A stretch of DNA of 64,000 bases, from the NCBI GenBank assembly GCA_025558095.1, contig JAIVFI010000035.1, positions 186,001 through 250,000 of the forward strand, read 5' to 3'. The DNA is from Hyaloraphidium curvatum SAG 235-1. Lineage: Eukaryota > Fungi > Monoblepharomycota. Below, one piece after another: positions 36,563 to 47,485 of this stretch; the first letter of the stretch is position 1; each line of letters opens with the position of its first letter. The position numbers were made by a program, and so were the translations under genes. The notes beneath the pieces were generated by a model. It was not told the origin of the DNA. It searched no databases and saw only the letters and a list, made by a program, of their open reading frames with translations.

Positions 36563-39156
36563 TCACGACACTTTTGCGCCCCGGGCTCCGTCCGTGGCCC
36601 CGCACGGAGTTGCCTCGCTATTGCCCACCGTCGCGAGCGGCACCATCGACGGCCGGCCGTGGGCGCACTGGAACGGCATGTCGCACTCTGCCAGCGCGGC
36701 CAGCAGCTGCCCCACCCTCCGCGCGTCGAGCACGTCCCCGAACATGATCGCGCTCCGGCACGCGCGCGAGTTGACCGCGTCGACGAGGCCCCTCGGCGCC
36801 GCCGCCACGGCGCGCCAGAGCGCCGGCCCCTCGGGCCTGCCCGGCGGCACGGGCGCGGGCTTCCTCGCCGGATCCTCGAGGCGCTGCAGGTGCTCCCTCA
36901 CCAGCGACCGGAGCAGGCCCGGATCGGAAGCCAGCCTGTCCGACACGACGGCCGGCAGCGCCGTCGCGGTCGCCCGCACCACCTCCCCCTCTGACTCCCC
37001 GACCTCGAAAGCGAACCCCCACCGCCGAAACTCCCCCGCATGCGCGCGAAGCACCGCGGCCTCCCTCCTCCCGAGCTGCACCCCCGCCCTCGCCTCCTTC
37101 CTCAGCACCCTCCCGTCCTCCCCGAACATCCCCCGCAGGAACCTCTCCACCCGCACCCGCTCGTCCGCGGCGTGCTGGTCCACCGCCACCAGCCTCGTCC
37201 CCTCGGGGGCCCGCACGGCGCAGACGACGAACTTGCGGTCCAGCTGCCCGATCGCCCGCATCCCGCGGAGCTCCTCCCGCGAGATCGGCGCCGCCGTTGG
37301 CGGACCGAGGAACGCCTCCAGCCGCGGCACCGCCGCCGCGCGGCCCGCGTCGGGCGGGGCCGCGGACGCCGAGGGGATGGGCGCCTGGGGGGCGGGGTAC
37401 ACGGGGTTCTGCCACTTGGAGAGGCGGTCCGCTGCCCACGGTGCGGCGCGGGGGGCGGAGGAGGGGCGGCGGCGGAGGGAGGTGCGGTCCGCCTGGGGTT
37501 CGGGGTCGAGCTGGCGGCCGGGGAGAGTGGCGTACCTGTCGGGGTTCGTCAGCCGGGTGCGGCGATCGGGTGCGGGACGACGAACGTGTTGCCGGTGCGC
37601 ACGTCGACGTGCAGCGTCCTCCGCGCCACGGGGTCCCACACCGCCGCGTACGTGGCGGCGCCGGTGGACAGCAGCTCGCCCGGCTCGGGATCGGCGCGCC
37701 TCGCGGGGACGTCGCCGGGGCGCACGGGGCGCACCTCGTCCTCGAGGGAGAAGGGGCCGCGGGCGGCGGAGATCGCGGCGGGCGCCGATCGCGGTGCGGG
37801 GGCGGCGGCGGGGGGCGGGGGAGGCGGGCTGCGTGGCCGGCGGGGGAGGGGAGGGGGGGCGATCGCGCCGCAGCGCACGAGGTGCGCGGCGACGGCGGTG
37901 CGCACGGACGGCAGCGCGGCTTCCCATTCGGCGGCCCCGTCCGTTGCTGCGGCGGGGAGGGTGACGTGGATGAGGTAGTACCCGTGCTTTTCGGCGCGCT
38001 CGTCGCGGCGGGCTGCCTTGCGTGCTGCACGAAGGAGGAGGCATGAGCTGCTGGGCACGGAAGGACAACGGACCCACCCTTGACGGTCCTGCCTTCGGGC
38101 GACGGCGGCGCGTCAATCGCCGGCGCATGGACCTCGTTGACCGCCTCGTGCAGCTCGCATGCGTCCAAGGGGCGTCTGTTGATGTCTTTCGGGGCGTCAG
38201 CGGACTGGGCAGCACGGTCGCAACGCATACGGACAGATCAGCTGGAGCGCCCTCGAGTACGTCCCCGCGAGCGACAGCGCTCCCTGCACCCGCACGCCCC
38301 GCACGGTCTCGTCGAACGGGGTCATGGCGCCCGCCAGCTGCGCGCCGTAGATCTGGGCGAACCTGCGCAGGGGGCTCTCGGCCTCCGCCCGCACGTCAGC
38401 GATATCATCCGCATGCCGCGCTGTTGGAGACGCACCGCCTTGAGATCCAGCACCCTCTTCCTCCCCCCGACGTCGATCAGGACCACCGCCATCCCCGGCA
38501 CGGCGAGCGCCACCCCTTCCACGGCCCTCCGCACCGCCTCGGCCTCGGCGGCGGGTTCCATCCGCTTGCGGCGGACGGGCAGGCCCCGGAAAAAGTCCCT
38601 GACGGAGGCGCGGGTGCCCTTGGCGAGGGTCGACGCGGCGGGTTGGCACTGCGCGGGCTGGTTGGGCGCGCGCACGAGGAGGTGTGGGGGGCCGGGGGGC
38701 CGCGCGGATTCGAGCTCCAGGCGGGCGACGGCGGCGATGCTGGCCAGAGCTGGAGGGCATGTTGTAAACCGGCGAGCCGAATGAACAGCGTGCTGCCCAC
38801 CTTCCCCGCGGTGGCCAAAGGTCGCTCCGCCGGCGGGCTTGGACGAGTGCGCGCGGAGGCCGGCCAGGGGCAGGTCCTCGGGCGGAATGCCCGCGCCGTC
38901 GTCGACCACGTCCAGCGCCAGCGAGTCGGCGTCCAAGGAGACGGTGACCGAGGACGCGCCGGCGTCGATCGCTGCCGCGCGGCCCACGTCAGAGATCGGT
39001 GCGAAGTGGTAAGAGCCCGCGAGAATTCTGCGGGCCCGCGCGGCACCCACAGTTGCGCATGAGCTCGACTAGCGCGTCAGCCACCGAGGAAACTGCGGGG
39101 GCGGAGCGCAGGGCATCTGCCTCTTTTCCGGGAAGGCGCCGGATTCTTTCGGCCAT
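36563..39156 (-). CDS. MLH3: MutL homologue MLH3 (MutL-gamma subunit)
   Basis: GHKL motifs ELMRNSIDAGA, DDGAGI, FGHRGEALAS; C-terminal GQLDRKF, DQHAADER endonuclease motif, ACRSAIMFGD, FQCAHGRPS. Multiple introns. Confidence 0.92.
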
Positions 39157-39372
39157 GGCGCGTCGCCGGGCGGTCTGCGCGGGGCCGCGCGGCTGGAAGG
39201 CGTCGGAACGGGGCTGAAATAGATAGCCGCGACCGGGGTGCGGCGATTGGAGGGCGGGCGACGGGCGGGGCCGGAGAAAGATTCGGCGTTCTCGAACCGT
39301 CTACGTGTGGGGCGCACTCGGGTGGCGGAGGAACACGCACCGCCAACAACCAAACGAATCCATTCGACGCCG

Positions 39373-41228
39373 ATGTCCGCGCCGCGGGCCGCACGAACCG
39401 CGGCGGGCGCGCTGCTCCTCGGCAGTGCGCCGCCGCCCCCGCCGCCGCCGCGGGGCACCCCACAGTGCTGCGCGCGCGGCCACCAACGGGGCATTCGAAC
39501 CGCTTCCAGCCGCGCCGCACGCGCATCGGCGCCCGCCGCGGCCTCGCCGTCCCCGCCGCTCCTTTCCAACGGACTGTTCTCATCGGGAGCCCGCGTTCCC
39601 GGCTCCCTGCGCGGCTTCCACGCCACCGGTGCGTGAAATCTTGCACCCTGCCGGCGCCGCCTGACGATCGGACCGGCCTGCTCCCGCAGCACCACAATCG
39701 GCCGCAAAACGGGATCCGTACGATATCTTGGGGGTCGCAAAGAACGCGTCGGCCGGGGACATAAAGAAGGCGTACTACCAGGTCGGCGTCGCCGCGCCGT
39801 GCCTTCTGGGCTTCCCCTGACGGCCTATTCCATCCCGCCCGACCCATGAACAGCTCGCCAAAAAGTACCACCCGGACACAAACAAAGAGGCGGAAGCGCA
39901 CGACAAGTTTGTCGAGATCCAGGAGGCCTATGAAGTGGGGCTCGCCGACTGATCCCAGCCCGCCTCGCTTCTCACGCTCCGCAACCGCAGATCCTTTCGG
40001 ACGACCAAAAACGCGCCGCCTACGACCAATTCGGCCATTCGGCCTTTGGCGGCCCCGGCGGCGACCCCGGCGGTCCCGGTCCCGGCCCGGGCCCAGGCCC
40101 CGGCTTCCCGGGCGGCTTCCCCTTCGGCGCCGGCGGCGGCTTCGGCGGGCCCGGCGGACAGCAGTTCGCCGACGACCTGTTCGAGCAGCTTTTCCGCGGC
40201 TTCGGCGGCGGCCGCCGCACGGGCATGGGCGGGTTCCAGGCCGGTGGCGCCGACATCGAGGCGCAGCTCGCGGTGTCCTTCATGGAGGCCGCCAAGGGCG
40301 CGCAGAAGCCGCTCAGCTTCCGGTCCGTGGTGCAGTGCAAGACGTGCTCCGGCTCCGGGCTCAAGCCCGGGGCCAAGAGCAAGACCTGCTCGACGTGCAA
40401 CGGCACGGGGACAAAGACCTTTACCCGCGGCGGCTTCCAGATGGTCACAGAGTGCCCGACGTGCCAGGGCAGCGGGACAATCGTCGACGCCAAGGACAAG
40501 TGCGGGACCTGCGAGGGACACGGCAAGGTCCGCGAGCGGCGGACGGTCATGGTCAACATCCCCGCCGGTGGGTTCCTTTCCCCGCCACGGTCCCCCCTCG
40601 TCCACTAAGTCCGACTTTTTCAGGTATCGACAACGGGATGAAGGTCCGCCTGGCCGGGCAGGGCGACGCCCCGCTCAGCGGCACCGGCCCGCCCGGCGAC
40701 CTGTACGTCGGCATCGCCGTGGAGCCGCACCCGATCTTCAAGCGGGACGGCCCTGACATCCACGTCGACGTGCCCGTGCCGTTCTACACCGCCGCGCTGG
40801 GCGGCACAGCGCGGGTGCCGACCGTGGACGGCGACGTGGAGCTGCGCGTGCCGGCGGGGGTGCAGCCGGGCGAGAGGAAGGTGCTGCGGCGGCGGGGGGT
40901 GCAGGAGGTCGGCAAGCCCGACGGGGAGAGGGGGGACCAGTGGGTCACGATCAAGGTGGCGATACCCAAGGGGGTCACGGACAAGCAGAGGGAGCTGCTG
41001 GAGGCGTACCGCGCCGAGACCGAGGGGGAGGCGGCGGCGGGGAAGGACAAGGAGGCGAGGAAAGCGCCGGGGCGGAAGAAGAAGGCGGAGCCGGAGGAAG
41101 CGGCCGGGGAGGAGGACAAGGGGTTCCTCAGATCGGCTTTCGAGAGCCTGAAGAGGAACTTGAAGCACGAGGAGGAAGGGAAGGACAAGGGAGGGAAGGG
41201 GGACGGCAAGGGCGACGCCAAGGAGTGA
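39373..41228 (+). CDS. MDJ1: Mitochondrial class A J-domain protein Mdj1/DNAJA3
   Basis: Presequence, DPYDILGV..IKKAYYQLAKKYHPD, G/F region, four CxxCxGxG repeats, C-terminal domain GDLYV..F.RDG.DI. Confidence 0.92.
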
Positions 41229-42098
41229 TCGGCCCCGCCGGTAGACGCGATCGGGCTGCTGGGACGGATGTACCGCGATGGATGTGGCCTGGCTCGCTCG
41301 TAGTCATAGAGCTGTGACGCACTCTACCCCATGGAGCCCACTGGACCTTGCTGCGTCATGGGGACACGCCGGGTTTCGCACCGACATGCAGTGCACTATC
41401 GCCGGAAACAGGACGAGAGCCTCCCACGATTGTGCAATCACCTCTTACTAACCCGAAACACTTCGAGTATCCTTGCACGATGGCGGGGTTTGCTTCGGGG
41501 GAGCAGAGGAGTCGGGCGGCGGGCGGGGGGTCTTGGACCCTGGGACTGACGAGCCCAGCCACCCAATCCCCCACGCCGCCCCTCCATTGTTTTGCCTCGC
41601 CGGGCGGCGTACTTCGGGGCTCTAGCCGGCACCACACGCCCACGATGGTGCTCGCGCCGGGGGACGAGGGCAGCAGGCTACAATAACTTTTCGCGCCCAG
41701 TTCTTTCCCCCGTGGACGCCCGCCAGCGGCGCGCGGGATTCGGACGGTGAGATGCATACGCACGCTTTTCATGCAATAAAACCCGTCGGGAAATGCATGG
41801 GTAGTGAGATCCCCTGCCGGGGGGCTTCCGGGCCGGTGGGGGCCAGACCCCGGGCGGAGCGCGCGCCCAACACCCCCTCGCCCAAACCGGCTCCCACGTC
41901 CACCGGAACGGCTCCCTGGGCCGGAGGACACCACCGCGGTGACGGCGCGCGCGTTCCTGTGCGGCGGCGGCGCGGCGCGGCGGCGGGACGAGGCGCGGTG
42001 GGGGCAACCCGGCGCCGCTCCCCGTCGGACCTCCCTCACGCGCTGCACCCCTCGGCGCCCCTCCCGCGGAGCCACTGTCGACGGCGGCGGACGGTAAA

Positions 42099-43066
42099 AT
42101 GGCGGACATGAAGCGGGACGGCGGCGGCAACACGGCTGAGGGGTGGGAGGGCGGGCGGCATGCCGGGACCGCGGTACCTTCTCACGCCCGACGCTCCCCG
42201 CGACAGGTTCGACGTTCAAGGGGCCGGGGCCGACAAGGAGCGCGAGGTGGAGGAGGAGTACGACGACCTTCCCTCGCTCGAGTACATCTCGGAGGGGGGA
42301 GTAGAGGAGGAGCATGGCGAGGACGGTTCGGACAAGGGCGACGCTCCCCGGCAGCAGCAGCAGCAGCAGCAGCAGGCGGTTCGCCCCTCTCCCCTCGAGA
42401 TCTGCACCCTCCTCGCCCTCCTCGGCCTCGGGAATGTTGGCTTCTGCCCCTCGCGCACGCGCCCGCTGTTTTGCGACACAGCCCGGCCGGGGTGGTGCGC
42501 CAACGCCGACCCGAACGCCTGGACCGCCCCCGAATTGTGTTGCCGGAACCGCTTTCGGGTACGATCCAAACCTCCCGTGGAGCCCGAGCTGCGGCACTAG
42601 GTGGTCGCTCGTGATCGGTCCCGTCAAGCCGAACTCCGGGCCTCACCGGGCTGAGCTCGTCGTCGGCGCCGCAAAGTTCTCCAACGGTGGCACTGGCGGC
42701 TGCTCTGCGCCGGGCACAGGCGGAGGCTGCGGATCACCAATGGGTTTCGTGGATTTCACCGTCAACAGCAACGGAATCAATGCGAAATGGGAGACGACGA
42801 ATCTTGGGGCGGCGACGAACGCGCATCTTTACTATTCTTGCACCAAGGTGAGACTTGCTGCTTACGGACCTGGTGAACATCAAGCTGACTCCCAGTAGCC
42901 GTGCGGTGACGGGGCACCAGGACAGTACCCTGCTATCACGGGCTTCAGCGGCTGCGGCAATGGAGGCTCGTACAACCTGAATTCGGTCAATAGCAACTTC
43001 CCGACCTGCACCGAGTACTACATTCAATTCCATGCGTCTATCGGATGCGATTGTTGGAAGGTTTGA
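42099..43066 (+). CDS. Hypothetical protein: acidic/polyQ N-part and a Cys/Gly-rich beta-type C-terminal domain; exon joining uncertain
   Basis: C-part CVAGTAFG..RWSL..LVVGAAK..AHLYYSC|PCGDGAPGQYP..YIQFHASIGC, with TGA at 43064-43066. The link to the N-part needs two inferred introns. Confidence 0.45.
42352..42375 (+). repeat. (CAG)8 microsatellite (polyQ)
   Basis: Eight consecutive CAG units read directly. Confidence 0.95.
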
Positions 43067-43121
43067 ATGGAAATAGAGTTGTGATGTCAGAAAGACCAAG
43101 ATGTCATTTTGCCTCCTCGAT

Positions 43122-45079
43122 CTACAATTTCGGCAGACTCCGCTCCTGGATGCCGCCAAAGGTGAGGTACTTGATCGACAAATACTCGTCAAGGCCGTAC
43201 TTGGACCCCTCGCGGCCCACGCCCGACTGCTTCACGCCACCGAACCTGCACAAAAGCGCAGTTAGGTCGTGTTTTCATCGGAACCTTGTCGGAACTTACG
43301 GTGCGACCTCGGTGGAAATGATGCCCTCGTTGATGCCGACCATACCGTACTCGAGAGCTTCAGCGACGCGCCACACGCGGCCGATGTCGCGGCTGTAGAA
43401 GTAGGCCGCCAGACCAAAGCTGCACATGGATTCAGGTTAGCTCGATTGAATCACAAAATGAGCGTCGTGGGAAGTACTCGGTGTTGTTGGCAAGCTGGAT
43501 CACCTGCTCCTCGGTCTCGAACTTGAACACCGCGCTGACCGGGCCAAACACCTCCTCCGTGGCAATCACCATGTCCTTCGTGGCACCAACAACTGCAGCG
43601 GCATGTCAATCGTTGAGCAACAACAGGTGGCACTCGCGAGCGAGACCCACGAAGCGTTGGTTCGTAGAAAGTGAAGCCAAGCGGAGACCTCTTGCCGCCG
43701 TGCAGGAGCTTCGCCCCCTTCTCGACGGCGTCCTTGACGTGGCGCTCCACTTTCTCGACTCCGGCTTCCGAAATGAGGGGTCCGTAGCTCACGCCCTCCA
43801 TGTCGAACGGTCCGACCTTCAGCTTCGAGACGGCTTCGGCGTACTTCTTGACGAAAGCGTCGTGAACTCCGGCCTGGACGTAGATCCTGTTGGTGCAAAC
43901 ACATGTTTGCCTAACGAGGAGTAAGGTATGTCAGCGATCCGTCGAATGTCGCCCATCGAGCGGACCCACCCAGCGTTCCGGTACTTGGCAACCATGCAGC
44001 CGGCCACTGCCGCGTCCACGTCCGCGTCATCAAAGACGATGAAGGGAGCGTTGCCTCCCAGCTCCATCGACACTTTCTTCACCGTATCCGCCGCCTGCTT
44101 CATGAGCAACTTGCCGACCGGTGTCGACCCCGTAAAGCTGATCTTCTTGACGATCGGATTGGAGGTCATTTCCACGCCGACGGCGGCCGCACCGGGCTTG
44201 TCGGTGGTCACGGCGTTGATCACGCCAGCGGGGATGCCAGCGCGCTCCGCGAGGACGCAGGCGGCCAGAGTGGAGAGCGGGGTTTCCGGGGCGGGCTTGG
44301 TGACGACGGTGCAGCCGGCAGCAAGGGCTGCTCCCGCCTTCCGAGTCAGCATCTGATTTGGGGGTCGATTAAGTGACCGACCAACGGCCCAGAACGCAAG
44401 GAACGAAGCAAACTTACAGCAATGGGGAAATTCCAGGGTGTCAGCGTGGCCACGACTCCAACGGGCTGCTTGATGACGACAAGTCGGCGTCCGGGAGCGT
44501 GCTGCGGGATCACATCCCCGTAAGCCCTCTTCCCTTCCTCCGCGAACCACTGAATGAAGCTTGCGCCGTCTGGACGTGTTCAAATCAATGAAACGACGTC
44601 CGCCGTGGCCATTTGGTTGTCGTGAGCGATTCGGAGCTGCTCGAAGGAATGGACAACCCACAGGCGATTTCTCCCCTCGCCTCGGCCAACGGCTTCCCGC
44701 ATTCCGATGCCAAGATGATGGCCAGGTCCTCCGAGTTGGCAATCATGAGGTCGAACCACTTCTCGAGCAGGACCTGTCGCTCCTTCGCCGTCTTGGCTGC
44801 CCAGGCCGGGAAGGCCTTGTACGCGGCCTCGATCGCGACCTTCGTGTCCTTCCCGTCCATGAGCGGGTTCGTCACGATGGTCTGGCCATTCGCGGGGTTG
44901 ATAATCGGGTACGTCTTGCCGGAGATGGCGGGAACCCATTTGCCATCGACGTAGGCCGAGTCCTTGACCAGCGACGGGTCCTTGAGCTTCAAAGTCGACA
45001 TGGCGCGGGCAAAGAGCGGAACGGTCCGGAGGCCTCCAAATCTGACTGCAGGGGACGCGATGCGGGCCACGCGTTGCAT
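43122..45079 (-). CDS. UGA2: Succinate-semialdehyde dehydrogenase (ALDH5/GabD type)
   Basis: [36 protein letters not shown]|[35 protein letters not shown]. Mitochondrial presequence; C-terminus ..SLPKL. Confidence 0.95.
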
Positions 45080-45309
45080 TCCCGGCAGCGAGCTTTTCGG
45101 ACCGAGGTGGCTGTGGGGACGAGCTCCGGCCGGAGATCGCCGTTCATTCCGCTCCGTCGAACACCGCAAACAACGCTAAACCAGCTTGACAGTAGGTCGT
45201 TGATGATGCCAAGTCCAGGGCAGCTTGAAGAGTATGGAAGCGAGCAGAGGGGAGCTAAAGCCGAGAGTAGGCGGCTATTCGGAAAGCGAAGTCAGTATCA
45301 ACTCCAAAC

Positions 45310-46309
45310 TCACGCGAAAGGCTCTTTCTTACCAGTGTTGATGGACGTTCCACCATCTATCGTCACGACGTTCCCGGTAATATGCGCAGAAGCACGGGAG
45401 CACAAAAAGAGGGCGAGACCTGCCATATCTGTGTCGCTCCCGATACGGCCGGTCGGTTGCCCCTTCACGAGCGCATCCATGCTGGTCTTGATCGCAAAGG
45501 CAGACATCCGAGACGCAAACAGGCCCGGTGCAATAGCGTTGACGAGGATGTTGCGCTTGATGAGCTGGCCGCTCATCACCCGCGTCAGGTGGTTGCCGGC
45601 AGCTTTGGTCGCCGCGTACGAAGGCGTCACAGTGCCCCCTGCTCCGAGACCAGAGATAACGGAGCTGACGCCGGCCACACTGGTGATGTTGATCACGCGC
45701 GCAGGGTCCGTGGTGCCGCCCTCCTTCCCCGCAGCCTCCAGCAGCGGGAGGCAGGCCGTGGTCAGGTAGAACATAGACTTGACGTTCAGGTTGAACAGAT
45801 TGTCCCAGCCCTGCCGCACATGGCTCAGCCGAGATCGTGAGACCTGCATCGAGCAAAGCAGCTCACCTCCTTCTCGGGGAAGTCCTCGAGCGGAGCACCC
45901 CAAGTTATGCCACTGTTTGCAACCAAAATGTGCAGCTTGCTCTCGCCCGCCTTCCTCAGGTCGTCTGCGAGCTTGTAGCAGTCGGCCTTGCCCGCGAGGT
46001 TCGCGACCAGGTAGCGGCATTCGCCCGTCGCGCCCTCGGCCGAGTTGATCTCGTTCACGACCTCCTCGAGCACCTTCTGCTTGCGCGAGGCAATGTAGAC
46101 GCGGGCTCCGTTCGCCACAAGAGCTTCCGCGATCATCTTCCCGATTCCGGAGCCTCCTCCAGTAACCAGAGCGACCTTCCCCTTGACATTGAACAGCCTG
46201 GAGGAACGTCCCGTGTTAAGCTCCGAATCGCGCCCGCACGCGGCGAGAGCACCCACGTGGGGATCGAGAGATCCGGGATGACCTCGCCGCTGATGTCTTT
46301 CGGCGCCAT
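45310..46309 (-). CDS. Classical short-chain dehydrogenase/reductase (RhlG-like)
   Basis: ALVTGGGSGIG, LVANSG, VINITS, YAATK, VNAIAPG, IDGG. Two introns. Confidence 0.92.
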
Positions 46310-46423
46310 CGTGGGGCGGGGAGAAGGGGGAACGGGGGAGACGGAGTGGGCTTCGGCTCCGTTGGTGCCGATGCGGGCGGGCCCGCGGCTTTCACACACC
46401 GACTCCGCGCACAAACCCGAGCG

Positions 46424-47379
46424 ATGGGGGAACCCGTCGTTACGGTGCAGGAGACTGTGACGGAGACCGAGACCCTCTTCGTCGATGAGGCGGGCCGTCC
46501 GCTCAAGCCTGCGGACGACGAGGCACCCGTGACTCAGCAAGATGAGGGCCGTCGCGAGCGGCCGGGTCAGCCGGAAGTCCCCACGCACGTCTACGAGGAA
46601 GCTCCCGAGTCTCCAACGGTAAGCGATGCTCTGTTGTAGTGTCGGCCTGCATCCTCAACTCCGCCGAAAAGTCGAACTTCGTGGAGCGTGACACCGATCA
46701 GACCGTCCGCACCGAACGCGGGCCGGACACCGTCATCGACGACTCGGCGCTAGCTGCCCTGCAGCAGAAGCACGGCAAGCTGACGCTGGTCAAGTTCCAG
46801 GATCCCGAGGTCGGGGCTGCCGCATTCCTTTCGGTTCTTGACTGGTTGCTCAATACGGCAGCATAGGGTCGGCCAATCTCTACGGAGGTCCAGAACTCGG
46901 CAGGCTCCATGATATCCAAGATCTACCCTGAGGGAATGGTTGAAGAAGCCGTGGAGGATCCGATGCTCGCAAGCCTGGAATCCATTCATGGGAAGCTCAC
47001 GATCTCGCGTTTCGTGAACGTGGGTTTCCTTTCCGTCCCATGTGGCTGCAACGCCGATTGTTCTTTCCTATAGGACCACGGAGCGCTGGTGTCGACCGAG
47101 ATTTGGGCAGGCAACTCGTTCATTACGAAGGGCGTGCCCGGAGAAGCCCCGCCCAAGCCCATGGGCCCGATCGATCGCGGCTCGCTGCTCGGCCTCGTTG
47201 TGCTCGGGGTGATCACACTGCTCTTCCTCGTCCAGCTGGGCTTTGGCGTGTACTCAAGGGAGACCGGGAAGCTGGAGCCCAAGACGCCGACGAAGGTCAA
47301 GCGCCGCTTGCCCAGCCCAGACGAGTCGAAGCAGGTGTCGCCTGGCGGAAGCCCTATCTCCGCGGGAAAGGCAGCTTGA
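46424..47379 (+). CDS. Hypothetical single-TM protein with a twice-repeated ~47-aa HGKLT module
   Basis: Four exons join in frame (introns ~46619-46671, ~46810-46866, ~47020-47072); TM GSLLGLVVLGVITLLFLVQLGFGV near the C-terminus. Confidence 0.65.
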
Positions 47380-47485
47380 CTTTGCTGTGGACTCCAAGGG
47401 CAATGGGAATCCGTGAAGCTTTCGACAGACCAGCATAGATTGTCCAATTCGCAACACATTTCAATCAACGTCCTGCCTGCACCCA

